The notes beneath the pieces were generated by a model. It saw only the letters and a list, made by a program, of their open reading frames with translations, ran no database searches and was not told the origin of the DNA. A stretch of 64,000 bases of DNA from Candidatus Altiarchaeota archaeon (GTDB taxonomy: Archaea; Altiarchaeota; Altiarchaeia; IMC4; QMZM01): contig JAWAEV010000004.1 of the NCBI GenBank assembly GCA_038891095.1, forward strand, positions 570 through 64,569. Reading direction: 5' to 3'. A program made the position numbers and the translations under genes. This document shows positions 7,513-17,373 of the stretch, in pieces. The stretch's first letter is position 1; the number at the start of each line of letters is the position of its first letter.

Positions 7513-10265
7513 TCCCATAAAATTAATTTTAATGTTATTGGCCCCCAAAGTGATCTTACACCGCCTGCTCTTGAAAAGTCAAATATTAGCATATCTGAAT
7601 CAAATTTTATATCTATTTTTCCATTGTTATCAGAATCTAACTTTTCAATTAGTCTATAAACTGCGTCATCCACCGCATCTGTAGTATCAAATGAAATATT
7701 ATTAGAGCTATATACACAGGTGTCATTTCCTAAATAGCTTTCTGGAATTTTTGCTTCAAGATAAGAGTTATCTTCAAATTGAATTTTCCAATTACAGCCT
7801 TCTTTTTCTTGAAATACTGAGCCATAACCAACTTTCCCATCAAGTCTTAATGTGTAAATTGCAATATTATCAGCTGAACAACCAGTATCTTCTTCAGGGG
7901 AGTTCCCTGTTCTTATTTCAAAATAGTTTGTTCTGCCAGGAATTAAATTTTGTTGTGGATTTGGAATCTGAACTATAAATGGATCTCCTAAAATTAGGTA
8001 ATTATCACCAAAACTACCATCTCTTAAGCTATAAAATGTAAGTCCATTAACTCTTAAGAGATCTGTCCAATATTCTCCAGAATATGAGGTTAATTTAGCA
8101 TCAACAACTCTTGCATATTCTGTAATAAAAATATTTCCTGTACAATTCTCAGTGTTATTAAATCTTTCAGTATTTTGTGTTATTGTTATTTCACCATAAG
8201 CTGAAAGATTTGCTACGGGAGTATAAGAAAATTTTATATATGACTCAGGATATAAAATCATTTTTGTTAAATTTCCAACAACAGAAGCACTTTGTGCTTT
8301 ATAGCTGATATTAACTATTTGTTGTGCAATTTCTCTATAAATATTTTTTAATTCTGTTGCATTCGTACTTGAATAATATGCTCCGCCTCCACATAGAGCA
8401 ATTTGTCTTAAAGTTGAATTTCCTATAGGACAACTTCCTACTGGTCCAAAGCCAATAGCATATATAGTTGCATTTAGAACATTGTGCGCTTTACAAGAAT
8501 CATTTATTGCATCATTCTTAGCTTTCTCACTAACATAATCACCACATTGATAAGATAAACAACCTCCGCCTAAGCAAAACCAATCTGTTGGGCATGTGTA
8601 TGGAATACAACCAATAGTTGAATTTTCATCTATTGGAGAGCATTGAACATTTGCTAAGCCGTCAGTCATAACAATTATAAATTTTTGTCTTGAAGTATTG
8701 CTTTGTTGTTGTAAAATTTTTCTTGCTTGTCTTATTGCGCCACAAATCCCTGTTGCTCCTTGAGCATAATAGTTATTTACTTGTGTTTTCAGTGAAATTT
8801 TATTTGTACTTAAATCATGGTATGATCTTATCATTGTTGATGATTCAGTTGGAATTGAAGCAGGAATACCAGAATATGCAACCAAACCAACTCTATTTCC
8901 TGTGGTGTTTAAAATAATATCAATAAATTCGTTATCAAGACATTTTGCCAATGAAATTCTCTTTGTTGATGATGAATAAAGCAAAGGATCATTGCAATTT
9001 CTCTCTATTCCTGTGGCTGAGCTATCTAATCTCCAGTTCATACTCCCTGAGACATCTGTTATAAGGATAACATCAGCATTTCCTGTTGCATTTACAACAA
9101 AATTTAGATCATCTATGCCAAGTCTTAATGGCACCGTTATAAGACTTAAATCGTTATAATCAAGCATCGTTAAATTAGAGTCATAAAGATGATACTCTTG
9201 CGTAAAATTTTTTCCAGAGCTTTGAAAGACTTTCACATCGCCAAAATTCAAATAAGTTGTAAAGTTATTTAAAAATTTTAAGTAAATTTCAATTGAGTTT
9301 AAATACCCAGGAACATAAAAAGAGGAGTAGAGATTTATTAAGCCTTCTATCCCTGGGAATTGATAATAAGTTACTCCCTCCTCTTTTTCTGTTTCCATTT
9401 CAGATGTGTTATAAGTAACCTTCATAAAACCTCCACCAATATAACTCTCTTCTATACCGCCAAGAAAATTAATTTTTATTGTATTTTCGCCCGCATGGAA
9501 ATATAAATTTGGTGTTGGCAAATAACTTTGAATGTTAGCACTCATATTTCTCCCTGATGGTATGAAAGTCCCATAATCATGATCATTAACATAGAGTTTA
9601 AATCCTCCTCCGGAGGCCATCTCAATATACGCCCTTTTCACAGAACTCAAAGTTGATGGTAAAGTTATAATTTTTGTTAAATTTCCTTGACCTTCAAAAC
9701 CACCAAAATAAACATATTTTGAGGTTTCTTTCTCTCTTATCTTTGAAAGAAATGCTCTTGCAACATGGCCTCTTGTTGGCAAGCCAGCACCATAACCAAC
9801 TAAAAGTCTTGTTGAATGTGTTTCAGAAGTTGCATCTTTTCTTTTAGGTCTTTTACTTTTATTTAAATTTTCTGAACTACAAAAGGGAATTTCATCTATT
9901 GTCACTTCATAGCCAACATTTTCTGGCAATAATTTTTCAAGATATCCTTGCAAGAGAATGCTTGCATTTTGCCAGTGTGTTGAATTTATACTATAATTTG
10001 CATAGGCCCATTCCTCTCCAATAATATCAAGGACATTTGCTTTATTTAGAACATCTAAGATATCTTCAGATGTGTAATGCAACTTCTTAAATTCAGTCGC
10101 TGAAGTTTTTGCAATTTTTGAGTGAGTAAGTCCATAGTAGATAGTGAAAATTGCTAAAACAAAAATTAAAGCAATGAATGCGTCTAATATTACTGCAAGT
10201 CCTTTATTCCCGAAATTCATAAATTTAAAAATTTTTATTAGTCTTCCAAACATTTTACTTAGCAT
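7509..10265 (-). CDS. Pilin-like von Willebrand factor A (vWA) domain adhesin
   Basis: 918 aa. The N-terminus is NKG|LAVILDAFIALIFVLAIF. The vWA domain spans about 8316-9077 with MIDAS residues DVSGS...GATG...MTDG. A Cys-rich insert follows (QCSPIDENSTIGCIPYTCPTDWFCLGGGCLSYQC). N-x-S/T sequons are numerous. Confidence 0.8.
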   Translation of the reverse strand: MLSKMFGRLIKIFKFMNFGNKGLAVILDAFIALIFVLAIFTIYYGLTHSKIAKTSATEFKKLHYTSEDILDVLNKANVLDIIGEEWAYANYSINSTHWQNASILLQGYLEKLLPENVGYEVTIDEIPFCSSENLNKSKRPKRKDATSETHSTRLLVGYGAGLPTRGHVARAFLSKIREKETSKYVYFGGFEGQGNLTKIITLPSTLSSVKRAYIEMASGGGFKLYVNDHDYGTFIPSGRNMSANIQSYLPTPNLYFHAGENTIKINFLGGIEESYIGGGFMKVTYNTSEMETEKEEGVTYYQFPGIEGLINLYSSFYVPGYLNSIEIYLKFLNNFTTYLNFGDVKVFQSSGKNFTQEYHLYDSNLTMLDYNDLSLITVPLRLGIDDLNFVVNATGNADVILITDVSGSMNWRLDSSATGIERNCNDPLLYSSSTKRISLAKCLDNEFIDIILNTTGNRVGLVAYSGIPASIPTESSTMIRSYHDLSTNKISLKTQVNNYYAQGATGICGAIRQARKILQQQSNTSRQKFIIVMTDGLANVQCSPIDENSTIGCIPYTCPTDWFCLGGGCLSYQCGDYVSEKAKNDAINDSCKAHNVLNATIYAIGFGPVGSCPIGNSTLRQIALCGGGAYYSSTNATELKNIYREIAQQIVNISYKAQSASVVGNLTKMILYPESYIKFSYTPVANLSAYGEITITQNTERFNNTENCTGNIFITEYARVVDAKLTSYSGEYWTDLLRVNGLTFYSLRDGSFGDNYLILGDPFIVQIPNPQQNLIPGRTNYFEIRTGNSPEEDTGCSADNIAIYTLRLDGKVGYGSVFQEKEGCNWKIQFEDNSYLEAKIPESYLGNDTCVYSSNNISFDTTDAVDDAVYRLIEKLDSDNNGKIDIKFDSDMLIFDFSRAGGVRSLWGPITLKLILWE

Positions 10266-11209
10266 TGGCTTAAATTGTATTTACAAACATGTGCTAATTG
10301 TGAGCATGATGATGCGCACCATTCAAATTCTTCCCATGATGGTGGTCCCCCAACCCTAAAGTTCCACACACAACCAGCGGTTGTGCAATCTTCACAGCTG
10401 TAGTAAGTGTCGCAGGGCAGTGTCGTAGTTGTTATTGTAACTGTAGTCGAAGTTGTAGTACTTGTCTTTGTAGTAGTAGTTGTTGTGGTTGATGTAGTTG
10501 TTGTTGTAGTTGTTACTGGTGCGGTAGTAGTTGTCGTAGTAGTTGTCATAGTTGTTGTTGTCATAGCAGTAGTTATTGTGGTTGCTGTTGTCGTAGTTGT
10601 TGTTATTGCATTAGTAATAACCTCCTCTTCTTCACCATACCACACAGTCAAAATTATTCTAACTATCATTTCATTTAATAATGCTGTTCTTTTTATTGTT
10701 ATCATTTCTATAGGTAAATAGGGTTTTTTTCCAGTAGCGCAGCTTATATTTTCCAGAATAATTGTCGTGCCATTTATATCAGTTAAGTTAAAATAAAAGT
10801 TGTACTTCCCTATGCCAAGTAAATTTGCCCTTTCTTCATAACTTGTGTTCATGATTTTAATAAAACTTAAAATTTTTTCTTTTTGTAAAATTCTTGGTTC
10901 GTTAGCAAATGTTAAACCAATACTTAAAATTTTTTCCTCTGTTTCATTTTGCCAATTAGTTGGAGTTCCAGGTGTTTTTACTAACTTTTCTCCTAAGTCG
11001 ATAGCAACTTCTTCCATTGCATAAAATCTTTCAGAGTTTTTTATTTCAGTTATCGTTGTTGTCCATAGAAAAAAAACAATCACAATGGCTAAGGAGAAAA
11101 TCATATAAGCTAAGAGTGTCTCAGAGCTGAAAACCTGTGCTAAATCCTTAATTTTTTTATCTAACAAAAATTGTCGCATTGTAATAATTGTTGCTTTCAA
11201 TACTCTCAT
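10259..11209 (-). CDS. Pilin-like protein with a poly-Thr stalk and a C-terminal PSI-like Cys domain
   Basis: 316 aa. The N-terminus is KDLAQVFSSETLLAYMIFSLAIVIVFFLW, a class III-like Q-x-x-S-x-E motif followed by a hydrophobic helix. The poly-Thr stalk is at 10421-10612. The domain CDTYYSCEDCTTAGCVWN...EWCASSCSQLAHVC is at 10262-10420. Confidence 0.7.
   Translation of the reverse strand: MRVLKATIITMRQFLLDKKIKDLAQVFSSETLLAYMIFSLAIVIVFFLWTTTITEIKNSERFYAMEEVAIDLGEKLVKTPGTPTNWQNETEEKILSIGLTFANEPRILQKEKILSFIKIMNTSYEERANLLGIGKYNFYFNLTDINGTTIILENISCATGKKPYLPIEMITIKRTALLNEMIVRIILTVWYGEEEEVITNAITTTTTTATTITTAMTTTTMTTTTTTTTAPVTTTTTTTSTTTTTTTKTSTTTSTTVTITTTTLPCDTYYSCEDCTTAGCVWNFRVGGPPSWEEFEWCASSCSQLAHVCKYNLSQC
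10421..10612 (-). repeat. Poly-threonine linker-coding tract
   Basis: About 64 codons, nearly all Thr (ACN), with occasional A/M/S/V/K. An antisense poly-Val ORF lies at 10407..10721. Confidence 0.9.
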
Positions 11210-11882
11210 CTATATCATCATTTGGATCTAATATTATACTCACTGTGTAATTTCCTGATGTTAGAGGAGCAGTATAATTAACAAAAATTTTAGTTGCTTC
11301 ATCTATACCTAGAGAATTTACTACCAATTCTTGAGAATTGAACAAAACTTTAAATTGTTCTGCTTTCACAAGTCCAATATTTTTTATCCATACAGATAAA
11401 TTTACTTTTTCACCTGAATTAACTTCTGTTGGATATAATTTATCCTTCAAGATAATTAATTCTGGTTTGTAGCATATTACTATGACACTTTCATTATCAT
11501 TCAAAATTTTATTTTCTTTATACTCATCTTTATCTATACAATAAATTGTGACATTTGATGTAACTATCGCTAAGGAGTAAGGACTTAATTTTGAATCCCA
11601 AGAAATTTCAACTCTATTACTATAAACTGAAAGATTGTAATCAAAATTTTTATATAGCTTTGCAGGTAATTTAAATTTTTTGTAGTAGGAATTTCCTTGA
11701 GTTGAGATTGTATCTATGTTCATCGCAAATTTTCTGCAAATTCTCTTTGCATCAATCCAGGATTTTATATCATTGCTCTCTCGTAAATATTCATTTGCAA
11801 CAATCAGAAAGATTAGAAAAATTAAGGAGAGGAAAACTATACCTGTAATTAATTCCATGCTTGTTTGTGCTTTTTTAGTCAT
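11157..11882 (-). CDS. Class III signal peptide (archaeal type IV pilin-like) protein with a C-terminal CARDB-like domain
   Basis: 241 aa. The N-terminus MTKKAQTSMELITGIVFLSLIFLIFLI fits the archaeal prepilin motif [KR][GA]Q-x-S-x-E. The C-terminus (NLSVWIKNIGLVKAEQFKV...ILDPNDDIDESIESNN) resembles CARDB. Confidence 0.75.
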   Translation of the reverse strand: MTKKAQTSMELITGIVFLSLIFLIFLIVANEYLRESNDIKSWIDAKRICRKFAMNIDTISTQGNSYYKKFKLPAKLYKNFDYNLSVYSNRVEISWDSKLSPYSLAIVTSNVTIYCIDKDEYKENKILNDNESVIVICYKPELIILKDKLYPTEVNSGEKVNLSVWIKNIGLVKAEQFKVLFNSQELVVNSLGIDEATKIFVNYTAPLTSGNYTVSIILDPNDDIDESIESNNYYNATIFVR

Positions 11883-11984
11883 GTCCCAATTGGATAAAAA
11901 TTAAGTAAAATTTATCATGCAATAAATTATTAGAACATGAAATAAAAAATTTCTCTAATGGCAAGCAATTGGAACATCAGTAAG

Positions 11985-14894
11985 TTAAAAGGTAGTTGTT
12001 ATGGTAGTTGTTATATTACTTATTGTCAAATTCTCAACAAATTCATCAGGATATTTTATCTTATAAACTTTAACATAACCTAAATATGAATTATCAAGCT
12101 TATCACCTAAAAAACCATCAACTAATTCAAAATGCTCGCTTTTTTCTATATTTTCTGCTAAACCAAACTTCTTATATTCATCTAAGTGATCTGCTAAGTA
12201 TAGCTTAGTCATCATATAATCCTCAAATTTTTTTGGAACATAAATTAAATTTGTAAAAGTTGGAAATCCAATATACTTGTCTGTGTTATAATTCAAAGCA
12301 TTTCCAAGGATGTTATTCAATGATTGAACACCTAAGATTGCTCCACCATGTTCTTTTTGCCATAATTCCCATTTTATTGGAGTATCTAAACCTATTGAGC
12401 CTTGTTTCAATACAAAAGGATAGACCTTTATTGAAGAAAGCGCCTTATTTTTTATCTCAAATTCTATTGCTCCGATATAGTCCTTATATCCTCCTGATAA
12501 ACTGCAAAAGAATACAACTTTCTGCACTAAATCAAATGTACCCTCAGTATTTGGCATTGGTCTTGCTTTCAGAATGCTGTTCTCAGGATTAAAGCTACAT
12601 TGTGCATAGCCCTCTTTCTTACCTTCTCTATTTGGTGCATCTAATGGAGCAGTTACATTTGATGTTGCTATAAAGTGTGGGGCAGCGCTCTTGCCTATCA
12701 TGGTCCAATCTATGATGACATGAGTAGCATTATACTTTTTTGCAACTTCTAAAGCTTCTGTTTCATTTTCAATTAGAACATGGAATTTTGCAATATCTTG
12801 TACCATTAGTGCATCACCTTTTACATTATCTAATATACTTTTTCTTTCAGCAACTGCTGTAATAATATGCCCATAGTCCCACCATGTCAAAATTTCAGTT
12901 TTTTCTTTGTCAGTATTTTCTCTAAGCCATTGTAATGTTGGATTCCAAAAGAGTGCTTCTACATTATAGCCATAATACATCGGTTTTTCTCCTCCAAATG
13001 AACCTAAGAGAAAAACAGAGTTGTTAACAAAAGGTAGGAGCAATATTAAAGCAAAAAACATTATACTTGGCACAATCCTCAAACTTTCGAAATCTTTTAA
13101 TTTTATTGCTAAAATTAAGCCAATTGTTGAGCCTAATGAGATAATAGGCACACTTGCAGCAAATTGAAATTGAGCTTTATTTATAACGCCCCAGAGCAAT
13201 GGTAAGGATAGAGCCAAAATAAAAGTTGTGCCGAAATTTTTTTTCTTTAGTATTGCATAATATAAAAGCACAGGTATCATACCTAAGCCAAATAATGCTG
13301 ATATCCCAAATGTATTATAAAGTTTGTTCACACATCCAAAATCAATAGCATCACATAGAGGGGTCTGCTCTGCAGTTGTTTGTGGTATAATAGCCTTTGT
13401 TCTTGCTGCTTTTATAGTATCCAAAACATAATTTACTGCTTTTGGAAAGGAAATACCAAAATTTAATTTAGGATTAATAGAAGGAGTTAACAGAATTAGA
13501 ATAGCAAATAAAGTTATCAATGCAGATATTGACTTTGAATTTCTATTAAGATAGTTCTGTAATTTCTCTTCAAAATTTTTGCCTTCTTTTTCAAAGTTTC
13601 TCTCCTCTCTATGGAGTAAAACAATGCTCAAGAATTCAAGTATAAAAGGAATAAAAATTGCAGAGCCTATTGATATCATTTCTTGTAAGGGTAAAGTTGA
13701 AAATTCTGGCATTTGACCTTGAGGATGTAAAATAAATGGATGGAGTTGGCTTATAAAGAAAAAAATGAAAATGTAAGGAACTATCTCTATACAATTTTTT
13801 CCATGTATAAAATTAAAAATTGAATATAACACTCCAAAAATTCCAAGGACAACTACTGCATAACCATATCCGCTCCAAGTTAAATTTAACATCAAAAATG
13901 AAAAACCAGCAATTATCGCTAAGAGAAAACTTTTCCTCCTGAATGAAAATATAAACAAGAAAAATGATGCTGTAAAGAAGAACATCCCTAAGGAGTCATC
14001 CTCAGAATTAGTTGCGATTGCTTTTGCTCCATATGCAGGAGCAAAAATTAGCATAAGTGCTGCTAAAAATGCTGCAATTTTATTATATGGGGAAAAATCA
14101 GAGAAGAGCTCTTTTATTAGTAGATATAGCACAACTGAAGTGAATGCAGAAACAACTCCAGGAAAAAGAATTGCTAAATCCAAGGTTGTTAACCCAAAAT
14201 TTTTGAGAACTATTGTAAAAGCACCAATTGATAAAGAATTCATTAATCTAAAACCACCAAATGACATAAATTTCCCTGGATATACCATAGTCTCATGTTC
14301 TGGCAGATAGTTATTATTAACTAAAAAATTTGCATGTCTATAGTAATAGTAAGGATCTGTAATCTCCGCAAGGAATTTACCAGCAACCAAACTTGCAGGA
14401 TGGTTTGGCCAATTGTAAGAGAGTGCAGGTACTAAGTGGATAACAAGACTGGAAAGAAAAATTGCTATAACTACAGCAGTTTCTATAGTGGTGATATCAT
14501 GCAATGCAATTGCATAAAGCAAAAGAAAAATTCCAAAAATTATAGAAAATGCAGTATTATCTCTTGCTATAAAATATGAACTTTGTGTGGCTTGTAATGA
14601 AAAAAACACAATAAGAAATATAATGATAGGGATACCAAATAAGTAATAATTTTTCTTGCCTGATCTAAAATATAGATAGATGAAATAAATTGAAATAAAT
14701 GCTAACAGCACCTTTATTACTATAAATAAAACAGAAAAATCAGTAGGAACAAATCCTCTAAAAAAAGCCATAAGAGATACTACAACTGAAATTCCAAGTA
14801 GTGGGTCCTCAAAATGTTTTGCAATTTTTTCAGTTAATGTTATTCCTTTTTCTTCCTTTACTGTTTCTTTCTTTCTACTCATCTTAACCCCCAA
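11985..14894 (-). CDS. aglB: Archaeal oligosaccharyltransferase AglB (STT3 family)
   Basis: 969 aa. A multi-pass TM N-terminal half is followed by the catalytic WWDYGH motif (ILTWWDYGHIIT). Size is typical of long AglB proteins. Confidence 0.9.
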   Translation of the reverse strand: MGVKMSRKKETVKEEKGITLTEKIAKHFEDPLLGISVVVSLMAFFRGFVPTDFSVLFIVIKVLLAFISIYFIYLYFRSGKKNYYLFGIPIIIFLIVFFSLQATQSSYFIARDNTAFSIIFGIFLLLYAIALHDITTIETAVVIAIFLSSLVIHLVPALSYNWPNHPASLVAGKFLAEITDPYYYYRHANFLVNNNYLPEHETMVYPGKFMSFGGFRLMNSLSIGAFTIVLKNFGLTTLDLAILFPGVVSAFTSVVLYLLIKELFSDFSPYNKIAAFLAALMLIFAPAYGAKAIATNSEDDSLGMFFFTASFFLFIFSFRRKSFLLAIIAGFSFLMLNLTWSGYGYAVVVLGIFGVLYSIFNFIHGKNCIEIVPYIFIFFFISQLHPFILHPQGQMPEFSTLPLQEMISIGSAIFIPFILEFLSIVLLHREERNFEKEGKNFEEKLQNYLNRNSKSISALITLFAILILLTPSINPKLNFGISFPKAVNYVLDTIKAARTKAIIPQTTAEQTPLCDAIDFGCVNKLYNTFGISALFGLGMIPVLLYYAILKKKNFGTTFILALSLPLLWGVINKAQFQFAASVPIISLGSTIGLILAIKLKDFESLRIVPSIMFFALILLLPFVNNSVFLLGSFGGEKPMYYGYNVEALFWNPTLQWLRENTDKEKTEILTWWDYGHIITAVAERKSILDNVKGDALMVQDIAKFHVLIENETEALEVAKKYNATHVIIDWTMIGKSAAPHFIATSNVTAPLDAPNREGKKEGYAQCSFNPENSILKARPMPNTEGTFDLVQKVVFFCSLSGGYKDYIGAIEFEIKNKALSSIKVYPFVLKQGSIGLDTPIKWELWQKEHGGAILGVQSLNNILGNALNYNTDKYIGFPTFTNLIYVPKKFEDYMMTKLYLADHLDEYKKFGLAENIEKSEHFELVDGFLGDKLDNSYLGYVKVYKIKYPDEFVENLTISNITTTITTTF

Positions 14895-15576
14895 ATCTTC
14901 TTTCTCTTGAGTTAAAATCTTTAACTATGCTAACTAAATCCTCCTTTTCAAATTCTTGCCACAATTTTGGCACAAAATAAATTTCAGAATATGCCCCTTG
15001 AAACAAAAGAAAATTGCTAAGCCTTTTCTCCGCTGTTCTTATAATGATATCTGGATATGATGCTACCCATAAATTCTTTCTTAAATTTTCCTCATTTAGT
15101 TCTTCTCCAGATGAGAGAACTTTGTTTGCTGCATTTAATATCTCTCTTCTACCCCCATATGCAATTGCAAGATTTAAAATAGCTTTATTGTAATTTTTTG
15201 TTCTTTCTTCAAGTTCTCTTAGACTTCTAATAACTTTCTTTCTGAGAGTAATATCTGAAATTCTATCTGAAAGAAATTTTAAATCACCACAAATTTTTAC
15301 TTTCACCTCATTTGCTTTAAGTTTTCCATTTTCTATAACCTCAATGGCTTGTTTTGCAAATAAACTTAACAGTGTGTTAATCTCCTCTTTACTTCTATTC
15401 TCAATATTTTCTGTTGAGAGTGCATATATCGTCACTTCATCAATATCAAGTTCAATACACCAGCCAAGAAAATCATAAAATTTTTTTATCCCGCTCATAT
15501 AAGATTTCTTTAGATCTAGAATACCTTTTTTTTGCATATACCTTCTATTGCCATCAGGGATAACTGCTATATGCAT
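14884..15576 (-). CDS. uppS: Undecaprenyl/tritrans,polycis-polyprenyl diphosphate synthase (cis-prenyltransferase)
   Basis: The motif MHIAVIPDGNRRY sits at the N-terminus, with RLSNFLLFQ and ERRFGG near the C-terminus. I chose the internal ATG (15574-15576). The 83-codon upstream extension in the track is not UppS-like and would collide with the nob1 promoter. Confidence 0.9.
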   Translation of the reverse strand: MHIAVIPDGNRRYMQKKGILDLKKSYMSGIKKFYDFLGWCIELDIDEVTIYALSTENIENRSKEEINTLLSLFAKQAIEVIENGKLKANEVKVKICGDLKFLSDRISDITLRKKVIRSLRELEERTKNYNKAILNLAIAYGGRREILNAANKVLSSGEELNEENLRKNLWVASYPDIIIRTAEKRLSNFLLFQGAYSEIYFVPKLWQEFEKEDLVSIVKDFNSRERRFGG

Positions 15577-15662
15577 TTTTACTTTGTAATTAAATTGAAT
15601 TACATATGTTATCAATATATTAAATCCTAAATAAATATACCTCAAAGTAAAAAAATTAAAAA

Positions 15663-16145
15663 ATGGAAATTTTAGATGCTTCTTATATTTTACATTCAAA
15701 TTTGGATTTTTCTTCTGGGAATTATGTGACCACAAATTCTGTACTCTTGGAAATAAACAATGAGAATGCTCGCGTAAGTGTTGAGAGTGCGCTAAAAAAG
15801 GGCATGATAAAAATTCAAGAGCCAAAAAAGGAATTTATAGAAAAGGTGCAAAAGGAAGCTGAAAAAACCGGTGATTTAGAGTGTTTATCAAATGCAGATA
15901 TTGAAATTCTTGCATTAGCACTTGAAACAAAATACAAAATTTTGACTGATGATTATGCTATACAAAATGTTGCAGCTTCTCTTGGATTAAAATATGAAAA
16001 ATTTATTCAGAGAGGAATAAAAAAAAGGCTGAAATGGATAAAAATTTGCGAAGGTTGCAAAAGAAGATACTCCTCAAATACATCTGAAAATTTTTGCAGT
16101 TTTTGTGGTTCATTACTGAAGAAAATTCCCATAACCTCTAAGTAG
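15663..16145 (+). CDS. nob1: Nob1-like endonuclease (PIN domain plus C-terminal zinc ribbon)
   Basis: 160 aa. PIN-like acidic residues are present (LDAS..., NADIEILALA, LTDDYAIQNVA), followed by CEGC...CSFCG. This is the archaeal Nob1 architecture. Confidence 0.7.
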   Translation: MEILDASYILHSNLDFSSGNYVTTNSVLLEINNENARVSVESALKKGMIKIQEPKKEFIEKVQKEAEKTGDLECLSNADIEILALALETKYKILTDDYAIQNVAASLGLKYEKFIQRGIKKRLKWIKICEGCKRRYSSNTSENFCSFCGSLLKKIPITSK

Positions 16146-17303
16146 TAGATAAATTGCTAATGCTTCTGGAATTTTTGTTACGCCCTCAAAGAAAGGGCCA
16201 ACTTTTCCGTGATAAAAATCAAACTCAGGAATTTTTTGTAATATCTGAATTTTTACATTTTCGTTGCTAAATGCAATTGCATCTTCTAATGGATTGAATT
16301 TATCTATATCTGAAATTTTTTTTGCAATTAAGCCAGAATTTCCGTGTAAGCTTTCGGGCAGTCTTATAAGTCTTGATGTATCTATTGTGACCATCTTATC
16401 TGTGTCTCTTAGAGAGAGAGTTTTAATTGCCTTTTCCATAACTATCTCCTGAATTAACTTTGAACTTATTTTTTCATCCTTTGGAATTCTATATTTTATA
16501 TTCGGGTCTTGAGTAATTTTTTTTGATCGATCTGACATCTCAAAATTTATGGCAATTCCATTTAATGAATCATAAAATCCATTTTCAAGTTCGGTGAGGA
16601 TTCTTTCTCTGTTTGCAATTAAAAATTCAGCTTTTTTCTCACCAATTTTAGGAATGCTCTTAAATTGTTTTTTATCAGAATTTTTTATAAAATTATATAG
16701 ACCATAAAAAACTCTTCCTTTCCATCCAGTATCTGTTTTTTTTGGACCTCTTATTGAAACTCCATCAGAATACCAAAAAACATTAAAGTCAACATGTCCT
16801 AAGAGATAATCAATAATTTCACTTCTCTCATCACTCCCAAGTTTTTTTACTTTTTCTGAAAAAACATGCACATGATAACCTTTGCTTCCTGAAAAGTTAA
16901 TTGAAATTTCCTGTTGTGAAAAACCAAAATCATTCAAAAGAAAATCTCTAAGGTTAAGAACCTCATTCTTAGCAATTTTTAATTTTTCCTCATCAAAAAA
17001 ATCCATAGAGATGTCTAAATCAAAGATTAGATCAGCATACAAAAAATTTTTAGCACTCATCGGTTCATTACTTGGAAATTCATAATAAGCACTTGAATAA
17101 GAAATGAAAAATGGAGCTTCTCTTCTCAGATAATTTTGTAGTTCAATTTCATTAGAAAAGGATTTATGCCTTATTTGAATTTTCTTTTCTAATGTGCCTA
17201 TGCCAAATTCTCTCTTTTCGATTTCTCTTGGTGCAGGAATTTTCTCTTTTGAGTAATACTCCTGAAATTTTTTCTTTAAGTATATCCTAGTGTTTATATC
17301 CAT
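16113..17303 (-). CDS. priS: DNA primase small (catalytic) subunit PriS
   Basis: 396 aa. The motif DLIFDLDI is followed by FSGSKGYHVHVF, the archaeo-eukaryotic primase catalytic signature, and later RLPESLH. Confidence 0.85.
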   Translation of the reverse strand: MDINTRIYLKKKFQEYYSKEKIPAPREIEKREFGIGTLEKKIQIRHKSFSNEIELQNYLRREAPFFISYSSAYYEFPSNEPMSAKNFLYADLIFDLDISMDFFDEEKLKIAKNEVLNLRDFLLNDFGFSQQEISINFSGSKGYHVHVFSEKVKKLGSDERSEIIDYLLGHVDFNVFWYSDGVSIRGPKKTDTGWKGRVFYGLYNFIKNSDKKQFKSIPKIGEKKAEFLIANRERILTELENGFYDSLNGIAINFEMSDRSKKITQDPNIKYRIPKDEKISSKLIQEIVMEKAIKTLSLRDTDKMVTIDTSRLIRLPESLHGNSGLIAKKISDIDKFNPLEDAIAFSNENVKIQILQKIPEFDFYHGKVGPFFEGVTKIPEALAIYLLLRGYGNFLQ

Positions 17304-17373
17304 AAACTACAGAAATTTATTTTTTTATATAAAGTTATATTATTACTGTTAATTAAGTTAAAGGGGCTCAAAA

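Noticed and set aside
15577-15825. An 83-codon N-terminal extension of the uppS ORF
   Set aside because: The UppS homology starts at MHIAVIPDGNRRY (ATG at 15574-15576). The extension is not UppS-like and would overlap the start of the divergent nob1 gene and its promoter.
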